64,000 bases of DNA from Spirochaetota bacterium (GTDB lineage: Bacteria > Spirochaetota > UBA4802 > UBA5550), in NCBI GenBank assembly GCA_963663865.1, contig OY760686.1, positions 896,001-960,000 on the forward strand, in the 5' to 3' direction. The notes below the pieces were generated by a model. That model searched no databases and was not told the DNA's origin. It saw only the letters and a program-made list of their open reading frames with translations. Position numbers and translations under genes: made by a program. Each line of letters starts with the position of its first letter. The first letter of the stretch is position 1. Below, in pieces: positions 29,601 to 36,891 of the stretch.

Positions 29601-29875
29601 TGATTGGATGGTCAAAGGGTCTGGCAGTTAAAGAGGAAGAGATTGAAGTCAGAAGCGGAGACAGGATTGTTATGTACACCGACGGCATCATTGAATGCTT
29701 CAGTCAGGACAAGGTGTTGTACGACACATGGAGATTCAATGACTTCATTCTAAGGAACCGAAGACTCGGGTGCGACGACTTCGTGGATGAACTCATATAC
29801 GAGCTTCAGGGATGGGCAGGCGGGAATAACAGCTTCGAGGACGATCTTACAATCGTTGTTATTGACATTGAGTAG
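26606..29875 (+). CDS. 7TM-DISM sensor hybrid histidine kinase with receiver and SpoIIE/PP2C phosphatase output
   Basis: 7TMR-DISMED2-like ectodomain, 7 TMs, SHELRTPL, NLVGNAIKF, DSGIGI, GGTGIGL, receiver (DDD, MDLMMP, KP), PP2C (GGDFYD, DVSGHG, YTDG, DDLT); start may be 26690. Confidence 0.92.
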   Translation: MINSFLICLKKYKKDLIRLSSEYNTARGMFLRTISVLLFMLLQGGFISAACPLHAAAESTHKLSPALIMLEVLEDKSGFLDIDDVLSPAAESEFKLEKTNIPNKGFSSSAFWARFRLENVPDDNYSLIVITFPLLDSVEYYRPVVSGTARPEYVRTAAGRDYPFKSREYNYRAFAFNLGKDTPHDAYHYLRIESEDAVIFPVSLMDGYQFADLRVTENFIFGIYYGILLVMLLYNAFLYLSLRDRNYLNYVLFLCAYGLFLMSMNGISTQYLWPDSGLWIKTANPALISLSIFFAVRFTTGFIKTAENTPGIHAMLILISVISLFSFVLSFFIPYRIAIIAGQILPLCAIFSVIPAAAISWRNGFRPARFYLLAWSMLLLGVILSALRVLGIIGHNVVTEYGLQIGSGIELVLLSLALADRINILNREKAEAQAEAIENLQKADRLKDAFFANTSHELRTPLSGIIGLAESLLEGSGGELSAGAARNLSLIASSGRRLASLVNDILDYSRLKHRDIVLNNRPVDLFSLADVVIELTAPLASQSSLKVENRLPENFAAVWGDEERICQVLINLVGNAIKFSDSGTVAITAEYGEGDGSGMAVVSVSDSGIGIPESMFEDIFQPYEQVDDPNVIRFGGTGIGLAITKKLVELHGGSINVKSSLGVGSTFYFTLPLSGEKAPRAETLKQRPVIAQAYAEEIIEEFGIVESESNNPSSRTEILAVDDDPVNLQLLSDILGLAGFHVRKCVNGKAAIDLIDSGYRPAIVLMDLMMPGMSGYEATRRIREKYKLTEMPVMLITAKGQSSDIVAGLEAGANEYIMKPFDSRILMARVSTLLSLRNSDSEIRRLVSIDQELAIARRIQQSTIPKTLPVVKGIKTAARYVPIEGIGGDFYDIHELEDGSIAVLLTDVSGHGLPSALVASMVKMVFCMQKVIASRPSEFLERMNDILIDNIENSFLTASYIYLNSDRNRMVCSNAGHVPLLLLREGSEEIVSIKPSGRLIGWSKGLAVKEEEIEVRSGDRIVMYTDGIIECFSQDKVLYDTWRFNDFILRNRRLGCDDFVDELIYELQGWAGGNNSFEDDLTIVVIDIE

Positions 29876-29918
29876 GTGTGACGAAGTGGCCTCTTGTCTG
29901 GTTTAACCTGTAACGGCT

Positions 29919-30224
29919 TTAAACATATACAGCCTCTTTTTCAATTCTTGTTTTCAACTGAGAGCTCATCTGAGAACTGAATGGAACTACATCCACGGGT
30001 TTGCAGAAATCATCTTCAAGAAGCTCCTTGATGTGTATAAGAGCAAAGAGATCAGGATGCTTCAGACCAATTACTATATCTATGTCGCTGTCTCCGTCTT
30101 CAGTGCCGGTAACATAAGAACCGAAAAGCCCTATTTCGGAAACGCCGTACTTTTTTTCGAGTTCCGGTTTTACCCGGCGGAGCTCATTTAGAATGAAGTC
30201 TTTGGTAATGTTCCTGTGAACCAT
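29919..30224 (-). CDS. minimal nucleotidyltransferase (MNT, MntA-like antitoxin), orphan
   Basis: GS-x10-DID motif (GSYVTGTEDGDSDID), VDVV, C-terminal EAVYV; ATG 30224 after GGAGG. Confidence 0.88.
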   Translation of the reverse strand: MVHRNITKDFILNELRRVKPELEKKYGVSEIGLFGSYVTGTEDGDSDIDIVIGLKHPDLFALIHIKELLEDDFCKPVDVVPFSSQMSSQLKTRIEKEAVYV

Positions 30225-30612
30225 TCCTGCCTCCCGGACTGTTCTCAAGTGAAAATAAACCACACGAATTATAACTGAATTTGTTCTGGCTTTCAAGGAA
30301 AAAAATTCTTTTTAAAAAATTCCCTGTGGATGAAACGCAGCTGTGGCTGAGAGACTTTTTAAATAATTACTTTACTTTTTTATATATTTGTAAGAATAAT
30401 ATCGCCTTTATAAGCCCTGATGTGAGCCTCTGTATTGGAAGATTTGAATGTCTGCGCTTATATCTGATTATCTGTATCATTTATTGGAGTTAAATATGTT
30501 CAAATGGGGCCTGCGCCTTCGATCGCGGGTTTGCCGCTTGAGGAAAATCCAGCTTATTATTTTTGCCAGATGAATATTGTGCAGCAATTGGAGCATGTAA
30601 CAGGGAGGATAA

Positions 30613-31536
30613 ATGCAGATTCCAGGAAGTCTTTTAAACCTTACTGTTAAGGTTATAGCAGAATCTCTTGATATGAATGCACTGGCGGTTGTCGCTGGCC
30701 GAATTGTGCATAACTATGATTTTCACAGGCAGACAGGTTTTTCCGAGAATCTGACTATTCCGAGGCAGGTAGCCGCCAGGCAGTTTGTCAGCGATATAAA
30801 AAAGGCAGGGCTGTTTCTGAAGCTCGTTGAGGTCCTGGTACATCTGCATACTGCGGGGCATATGGGAAGAAGCTATCCGATAAAGGATTTGCGCAGGATT
30901 ATTTCTTCTCTCAGGGAACTTGGAATCATCTACGATAAACAGAACAGTATATTCGTTGAAGACCCATCCCAGAGAAGAACAAAAAACTGGGGTACACTTC
31001 TTGAGGGGGGTGAATACAGTTTTGCTCTGTTAAGGCTTGATATTGTAGGAAATTCACGGCTTGTCAGACAGTACCCGGAAGATGTTATTCAATCAACTTA
31101 TGCTGATTTCAGGGCAATGGTCCAGGATGCCGTGGGCTACAGAAACGGAAGAATCTGGAGCTGGGAAGGTGACGGCGGTCTGGTTGCTTTTTTCTTTTCA
31201 AATAAAAATCTGTACGCTACATTCGCGGGCATGGACATAGTTAACCGCTTATATCTTTACAACATGATGCAGTGCAGGCTTGATGCGCCCCTTGGAGTAA
31301 GGCTTGCTGTTCACGGCGGTATGTTTGAATACACTGACAACGAAGAAGACATAAAGCGTATAGATGTGGTAAAAAAGGTCATAGATATTGAGTCCACATA
31401 TACCCCTCCCAACAGTCTGACTGTGAGCAACACCGTAGCGAACCACTTCTGCAAAAGTATGCTTCAGCAGTTCAGCCCTGTGAAGGGACCGGGCGGAACT
31501 GCCTATTACAATTACAGTCTAAGGTGGGAGCAGTAG
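30613..31536 (+). CDS. class III nucleotide cyclase homologue, subunit A (helical N-domain plus cyclase domain with both metal Asp)
   Basis: GGAGG SD; LDIVGNS and WEGDGG; VRLAVHGG; DVVKKVIDIES lacks the canonical N..R. Confidence 0.85.
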   Translation: MQIPGSLLNLTVKVIAESLDMNALAVVAGRIVHNYDFHRQTGFSENLTIPRQVAARQFVSDIKKAGLFLKLVEVLVHLHTAGHMGRSYPIKDLRRIISSLRELGIIYDKQNSIFVEDPSQRRTKNWGTLLEGGEYSFALLRLDIVGNSRLVRQYPEDVIQSTYADFRAMVQDAVGYRNGRIWSWEGDGGLVAFFFSNKNLYATFAGMDIVNRLYLYNMMQCRLDAPLGVRLAVHGGMFEYTDNEEDIKRIDVVKKVIDIESTYTPPNSLTVSNTVANHFCKSMLQQFSPVKGPGGTAYYNYSLRWEQ

Positions 31537-31574
31537 GCCGAACGCCTGATAAAATTCCACAGCGGAGTTAACAA

Positions 31575-32549
31575 ATGGAAGTCATTGTTTTTACCGATAA
31601 CACGTCAGTTAAAAAGTTTTTTTCCGTGCCGGGTAAATCGAAAAACATAAGCCTGAAGATTTTACCTGCTGCCGAATTAAAAGGAGAATCATGCGCCGGG
31701 GGATATGGCTCCTTGATATATTATGATTTATCAGGGCTTACCCCGGCAGGCGTAAAAAGCACGCTGAATCGCTTGAAAAAGTATAACCGTCCTTATGGTA
31801 TTATTGATCCAGGTGGGCTCGTAAATGACCCGGCTGACCTGATAATCTCCGGGGCTTCAGATTATATTGGGAAGCCTCTCCTCAAGGAAGCAGTCAGAGC
31901 CGCCAGGTTTAAGAAAGTGTTGGATTTCAGGTGCTGCACAGTTGACGCGGACGGGCCTCAAAACGCTGCCGAAAAATACAGGTGTCCACTCTCGGGTTCT
32001 GACTGGAAAGGTGTGAAGTCCGGGAAAGAGTACACATTCTGCTTTATGTTTATTGAACTCGATAATCAGAAGGAGCTAAAGAAGGCATTTCACGGCCCGA
32101 CTCTTGAGAGATTTACGGGAATGCTCAAGGAGTCAATAGAGAAGGCTGTAACTCCGTCGCTCGGAAAAATATGGATGTGGATGGACCTCGGGGGCCTTGT
32201 GCTCTTTCCCTTTGACGGGGAAGGCTGCCCTGCAATACTTGAGGCATTCAGGCTCATGCTTAACAGAAAGATAATCAGCTATGAAGATTTTGATGCGGAA
32301 ATTCTGTTAAGCTATAGAATTGCGGTTCATATCGGCGACACAGTTTATCATTCGAGAGGGGAAACCGGGGAAATAGTCTCTGATTCAATAAACTCAATCT
32401 TTCATCTGGGACAGAAGTTTGCTGATCCCGGAGGCATGTATCTGACTGAGGATGCGCGCGGCTACATACCTCAGGGGCTTGAGAGAAGTTTTCTTCCTGC
32501 CGGTAAATACGAAGGACGTGAAATATTCAGGCTGAGGGGGCTCGTTTGA
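31575..32549 (+). CDS. class III nucleotide cyclase homologue, subunit B (degenerate receiver plus Asp-less cyclase domain)
   Basis: GASDYIGKP receiver remnant; FMFIELD, WMWMDLGG, YRIAVHIG, SDSINSIFHL, G.YEGR. Confidence 0.8.
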   Translation: MEVIVFTDNTSVKKFFSVPGKSKNISLKILPAAELKGESCAGGYGSLIYYDLSGLTPAGVKSTLNRLKKYNRPYGIIDPGGLVNDPADLIISGASDYIGKPLLKEAVRAARFKKVLDFRCCTVDADGPQNAAEKYRCPLSGSDWKGVKSGKEYTFCFMFIELDNQKELKKAFHGPTLERFTGMLKESIEKAVTPSLGKIWMWMDLGGLVLFPFDGEGCPAILEAFRLMLNRKIISYEDFDAEILLSYRIAVHIGDTVYHSRGETGEIVSDSINSIFHLGQKFADPGGMYLTEDARGYIPQGLERSFLPAGKYEGREIFRLRGLV

Positions 32550-32556
32550 CAGGAGT

Positions 32557-33246
32557 TCATTCAGACAGCCACTTCCCGGCTGAATGGACCAGCTTTTCGT
32601 TCGGGTGAAATCTGTTTTTGTACTCAAGGCTTCTGTTCCCTTTGACATAGTAACCGAGGTAGTAATAGCTCAGCCCCAGAGAGGCAGCGAGTCTGGTTTC
32701 AGCTATAGCGCTGTAAGTCCCGGGGCTGTATCCGGAAAACTCAGGGTAGTAACAAAAGTAAACACTGCTCAGGCCTTTCGAAGTAAAATCGATAAAACCA
32801 GCTCCAATGATTTTGCCTGCCACTCTATAAACCGATATCGCTGAGGGGCAGGATGGCGTGCAGAAGGAGGCGTTAAACTCTTCGGGTTCGGATGCAGATC
32901 CGAATTTGGCGAGTGAGTGGGCCCGGTAGACTTCATAGATTTCATCTGAATACTCAAGGCTTCTCAGCTCAATCTCTACCGAGGCTGACCTTTTCATTAC
33001 TCTTCTCTGGCTTTTGCTGAGTCTCAATTCGGCGGTTTTAATTCGCAGCGGAATACAGCTGACGCATGACGGGCATTTCGGCCTGAAGAAGTACATGCCG
33101 AACTTTCTCCATCCTTCGGAGAAAAGGTTTTCAAGCTCAATAGCCCCCACCTCTGATGCAAAAAAGTATTCATATCGGGCTCTCTGACCATCAATGTATG
33201 GACATGGCGATTCAGGGCTTATAGCGGTTGGCTGATGTATTACCAT
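32557..33246 (-). CDS. ATE1-like aminoacyl-tRNA-protein transferase (Bpt/Ate family)
   Basis: CPY, GWRKFG..FRPKCPSCVSCIPLR, SKSQRR, SSVY, SPGTY, YYLGYYV..SLEYK; likely start MVIHQP. Confidence 0.9.
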   Translation of the reverse strand: MVIHQPTAISPESPCPYIDGQRARYEYFFASEVGAIELENLFSEGWRKFGMYFFRPKCPSCVSCIPLRIKTAELRLSKSQRRVMKRSASVEIELRSLEYSDEIYEVYRAHSLAKFGSASEPEEFNASFCTPSCPSAISVYRVAGKIIGAGFIDFTSKGLSSVYFCYYPEFSGYSPGTYSAIAETRLAASLGLSYYYLGYYVKGNRSLEYKNRFHPNEKLVHSAGKWLSE

Positions 33247-33451
33247 TTTATCTCGTTTCAAGGGTCTTCTGCAGTTAAACAACTCTGTGATAAGCGGAAA
33301 AAACGCTTACAGAGTTCTGATCGTATAAGCTGTTTGGCCGCACAGGCTATTAATTGTTCAGCTGTCGAAGGCGAATAAGGCACAGTATTTCATCTGCAAT
33401 GCTTTTCCGCATAATATAAGCGTTACAAAGGGTCAAGAGATTATTTTGTAA

Positions 33452-33480
33452 TAGACATCCCCGGCCCGGCCGGCTACTAT
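33452..33480 (+). promoter_or_regulatory. sigma70 promoter close to the start codon
   Basis: TAGACA-17 (GC-rich)-TACTAT; ATG 9 nt later; no SD. Confidence 0.5.
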
Positions 33481-33489
33481 TTACCGCTT

Positions 33490-34242
33490 ATGAAAACCAG
33501 GATAGAAATAAGAAAACTGTGTAAATCCTTCGGCGAAAAGCAGGTTCTCGCCGGACTTGATCTTAATATATATGAAGGTGAGATTCTCTGCGTAATCGGT
33601 AAAAGCGGAACTGGAAAATCTGTTATCATGAAACATATAGCAGGACTTCTTTCTCCGGACAGCGGAGATATACTGATAGACGGCAGGGCCTACTCAGAGC
33701 AGTCCCCGGTAGATCTTGGTGAACTGCTTGCTCAGATAGGCATTCTGTTTCAGGGAGCTGCGCTTTTTGACTCAATGAATGTCTACGACAATGTGGCTTT
33801 TGGCCTGAGAAGGAGAGGTGAATCGGAGGATAAAGTTTCATCCACAGTCAAAGAGCTTCTTGAAAGTGTAGGGCTTCCCGATATTGCTGACAGAATGCCT
33901 TCCGCTCTTTCCGGGGGGATGCAGAAACGTGTGGGGCTAGCAAGGGCCCTTGCGGTAAAGCCTTCGATAATGCTCTATGATGAGCCGACAACCGGAGTAG
34001 ATCCGATTACAGCCGGGTCGGTTGACAGGCTTATTCTTGAAACGCGGGAAAGGCATGGCGTAACTTCCATAGTCGTTACTCACGATATTGAATCGGCGAA
34101 AAAGATTGCGGACAGAATTGCTATGGTATACGAAGGCCAGGTAATACACGCGGGCCCTCCGGCATCGCTTGAAGATTCTGATAATGAAATAATCAAACAG
34201 TTTGTTGCAGGGAGAGCCGATGGTCCTATTTCAGTTTCATAA
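33490..34242 (+). CDS. mlaF: ABC transporter ATPase, MlaF/Mkl type
   Basis: GKSGTGKS, LFQGAALFDSMNVYDNVAF, LSGGMQKRVGLARA, LYDEPTTG, VTHD, QFV.G..DGPI. Confidence 0.88.
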   Translation: MKTRIEIRKLCKSFGEKQVLAGLDLNIYEGEILCVIGKSGTGKSVIMKHIAGLLSPDSGDILIDGRAYSEQSPVDLGELLAQIGILFQGAALFDSMNVYDNVAFGLRRRGESEDKVSSTVKELLESVGLPDIADRMPSALSGGMQKRVGLARALAVKPSIMLYDEPTTGVDPITAGSVDRLILETRERHGVTSIVVTHDIESAKKIADRIAMVYEGQVIHAGPPASLEDSDNEIIKQFVAGRADGPISVS

Positions 34243-35563
34243 GGTGAATATTATTCTGGCATTTATTCTGTTAAGCATCATTTCCTTTGGGTGCAGGGAG
34301 GACCGTCTGCCGGGCAAATATGTCTACAACGGAGATATAAAACCGGAGGATCACGGGCATCTGGCAGATAAAAAGATATATATTGATCCGGGACATGGCG
34401 GAAAGGGGAAATCCGACGCTTTCAGGGTTGCACCGAACGGAATAACAGAAGAGGAAATAAATCTGAGTGTTTCACTTATTTTGTCTGATATGCTTTCAAG
34501 GGCCGGTGTTGATGTCGTTATGTCGAGAACAAAAGATGAAGATATCACTCTTAAGCAGAGAGCTGAAATGGTCAGAGCCGCTTCACCGGATATCCTTGTC
34601 AGTGTTCATCATAACGGAACACGAAGAGCCGCCGACGGAGTCAATTATCCTCTTGTGTTCATCAGGGGATCGGCTGGTATATCTCCGGTAAGCTTTGATA
34701 TGGCTGAAGCATTGCTCGCGGAGTTTGAAAAGCTTCTGGGAGTCAGCGGGCAAGTCGTTTCAGACTTTGCTGTTTTCAACGAAACAGGAACAATGCTTCT
34801 TCGTGAAACCTACGATGTATGTCCGGGAATTATAGGAGAAGCCGGCTTTTTTTCGGATGATCGCTTCTGTGAAAAGCTTGCTGACAGGGATTTCAATCAA
34901 CGTGAAGCGGAGGCTTACTTTCGTGCAATATCCTTGTACTTTATAAAAGGCATGCCTTCGGCCGTCATCGCATATAATGGAGGACGAAAGTCCGGCGGCC
35001 CTGCCTATGTGATAAAAACAGATACCGGAATCAAAGACAGCCGTATTATGCCCGGAAGCATGAAAGTTACGATTAATGATGTTCCAGTCTCATTCGTAAA
35101 ACGCGGCGAAGGTAAGTATCTTGTTGATCCGGGGGGGCGAATCTATCCTGGAGAACACAGGCTTAACATTTCTTTTAAAAATATAGAAGGGCATTCGAGT
35201 CCCCTTTACTTTTTCAGGTTTAGTAGAATGATAAAGAAAGGGGATTATGATAGGCTCAACTCGGAAGGCGGGAACCTCATCAGCCGCCGTAATACAGCTG
35301 CTGAGGGATTGAAGATGCTGACAGCTGCTTTTTCTATGAATCCAACCGGAATCGAGGCCCCCGGACTGCTGAGGAATATATCAAGGGGCTTTGAGGTGTT
35401 GGGATTAAACAAAACTTCAAGATATTATCTTGAAAGCGCTTCAACGTTTTTTCCAAATGCAAATGGCAGGAAACGGACGAGTTTAATGGGAAGTGAAAGT
35501 AATTATTTTCCAGTGCGTTATTACGGAATAAAAATTCCAGTTGTACCTTTTTCGAAAATATGA
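34202..35563 (+). CDS. N-acetylmuramoyl-L-alanine amidase (Amidase_3) lipoprotein
   Basis: DPGHGG, E, SVHHNG and GEAGF Zn/catalytic residues; lipobox SFG-C; true start probably GTG 34244. Confidence 0.87.
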   Translation: MLQGEPMVLFQFHKVNIILAFILLSIISFGCREDRLPGKYVYNGDIKPEDHGHLADKKIYIDPGHGGKGKSDAFRVAPNGITEEEINLSVSLILSDMLSRAGVDVVMSRTKDEDITLKQRAEMVRAASPDILVSVHHNGTRRAADGVNYPLVFIRGSAGISPVSFDMAEALLAEFEKLLGVSGQVVSDFAVFNETGTMLLRETYDVCPGIIGEAGFFSDDRFCEKLADRDFNQREAEAYFRAISLYFIKGMPSAVIAYNGGRKSGGPAYVIKTDTGIKDSRIMPGSMKVTINDVPVSFVKRGEGKYLVDPGGRIYPGEHRLNISFKNIEGHSSPLYFFRFSRMIKKGDYDRLNSEGGNLISRRNTAAEGLKMLTAAFSMNPTGIEAPGLLRNISRGFEVLGLNKTSRYYLESASTFFPNANGRKRTSLMGSESNYFPVRYYGIKIPVVPFSKI

Positions 35564-35694
35564 TACCCTGGATACTATTAATTAGACGAAGTAATAATTG
35601 AAGTAATAATTATTGACGCGAAAATTATATTTTGATGGACACTGTGAATTATTTTGCTATTATAATCACAGTGATATGTTTTTTCGGAGAGCAC

Positions 35695-36888
35695 ATGACT
35701 GTTAATCTTCATAATTCAGAAGAATTTTTAGGCCGCGGCAGGAAGAGGCTCTTTCTCCGCAGCTCTTCTGTAAGAAATCCCAAAGCCCTGGTTTTTATAG
35801 TGCACGGTCTTGGGGAACATTCAGGCAGATACACCCGTTTAACGGACAGTCTGGGTTCTATCGGTATGTCTGTGTACAGCTTTGATCTTCCGGGTCACGG
35901 GAAATCAACCGGGAGAAGAGGGCACGCATCAAATCTTTCAGTCTACCATGACTCTCTGACTGATGTTATTAAAAGAGCGAGTGAATCCCATCCTGATCGG
36001 CCGCTATTTCTTTTCGGGCATAGCCTCGGGGCTCTTGTAGCCTTTATCTATGCGCTTGATCATCCTGACTTGTTTCAGGGTCTTGTTCTATCTTCGCCGC
36101 CCTTTCGGCCTTTAAAAGCCAGCGGGTTCTTTCATAAGAGAATTATATCGTCCATGTCATCGCTTCTTCCTTTTGTCACTGTTTCAAACAGGATAAAACC
36201 TTCAGAGTTGACTCACGATGAAGAGGCAATTGATATCTTTGAAAATGATTATCTCGTTCACAACCGCGTTTCTTTCAGACTTGCCAGCCTTATCAATAAA
36301 AAAGCAAGAGAATGTCTTGACAGGGCGGGGGCTCTGGCCATTCCTCTTCTGATTGTGCACGGGAGGGAAGATGCGGTTGCAGATTACAGAGGAAGTGAAG
36401 AGGTTGTCCGAAAAGTAGTTTTTCCGGACAGCGAACTGGTTATATACGATTGTCTTTTTCACGAAACATTAAATGAAATTCAAAAGGAGAGAAGTGCTGT
36501 GTTAAAAAAAATTACTGACTGGTTTCAGGAAAAGCTCGCTCAGAAATCGGGCTGCGGACAGGTTCAGGAAGGAACCTCTGCGGCACACCAGATGAAGGAA
36601 GTCCCTGCTGCTGATGAGGGTAAAAAGCCTGCGGTTAAGAAGGCAGCTGCAAAAAAGGCTTCAACTAAGAAGGCGGCAGCTGCAAAAAAACCAGCCGTAA
36701 AAAAGGCTTCCGCAAAGAAGGCGGCTTCAAAAAAAGCAGCTGCTAAAAAACCTGCGGTGAAAAAAGCCCCGGCTAAAAAACCTGCTGCGAAAAAAGCTTC
36801 AGCAAAAAAGACGTCTGCTAAAAAGCCGGCTGTAAAAAAAACAGCCTCTAAGAAAGCTTCATCTAAAAAAACCTCAAAGAAAAGCTGA
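35695..36888 (+). CDS. alpha/beta hydrolase (lysophospholipase / monoglyceride lipase type) with a histone H1-like C-terminal tail
   Basis: [21 protein letters not shown] nucleophile, HGRED, FHE; K/A/P-rich tail; start after GGAG. Confidence 0.9.
   Translation: MTVNLHNSEEFLGRGRKRLFLRSSSVRNPKALVFIVHGLGEHSGRYTRLTDSLGSIGMSVYSFDLPGHGKSTGRRGHASNLSVYHDSLTDVIKRASESHPDRPLFLFGHSLGALVAFIYALDHPDLFQGLVLSSPPFRPLKASGFFHKRIISSMSSLLPFVTVSNRIKPSELTHDEEAIDIFENDYLVHNRVSFRLASLINKKARECLDRAGALAIPLLIVHGREDAVADYRGSEEVVRKVVFPDSELVIYDCLFHETLNEIQKERSAVLKKITDWFQEKLAQKSGCGQVQEGTSAAHQMKEVPAADEGKKPAVKKAAAKKASTKKAAAAKKPAVKKASAKKAASKKAAAKKPAVKKAPAKKPAAKKASAKKTSAKKPAVKKTASKKASSKKTSKKS
36622..36885 (+). repeat. coding low-complexity repeat ([15 protein letters not shown] pentapeptides)
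   Basis: About 17 imperfect, roughly 15-nt units with diverged synonymous codons. Confidence 0.9.
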
Positions 36889-36891
36889 CGA

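Noticed and set aside
30500-30545. GGCAAACC...GGCGCA on the minus strand as a c-di-GMP-I riboswitch
   Set aside because: No GNRA-capped P2 stem of proper length and no P3 receptor
29919-32549. MNT plus cyclases as a canonical CBASS or Pycsar system
   Set aside because: The MNT is a minimal ~100-aa TA-type enzyme, not a CD-NTase, and no cNMP-binding TM/TIR effector is adjacent
36622-36885. Repeat as a CRISPR array or non-coding tandem array
   Set aside because: In-frame coding repeat with synonymous divergence; no spacers and no cas genes
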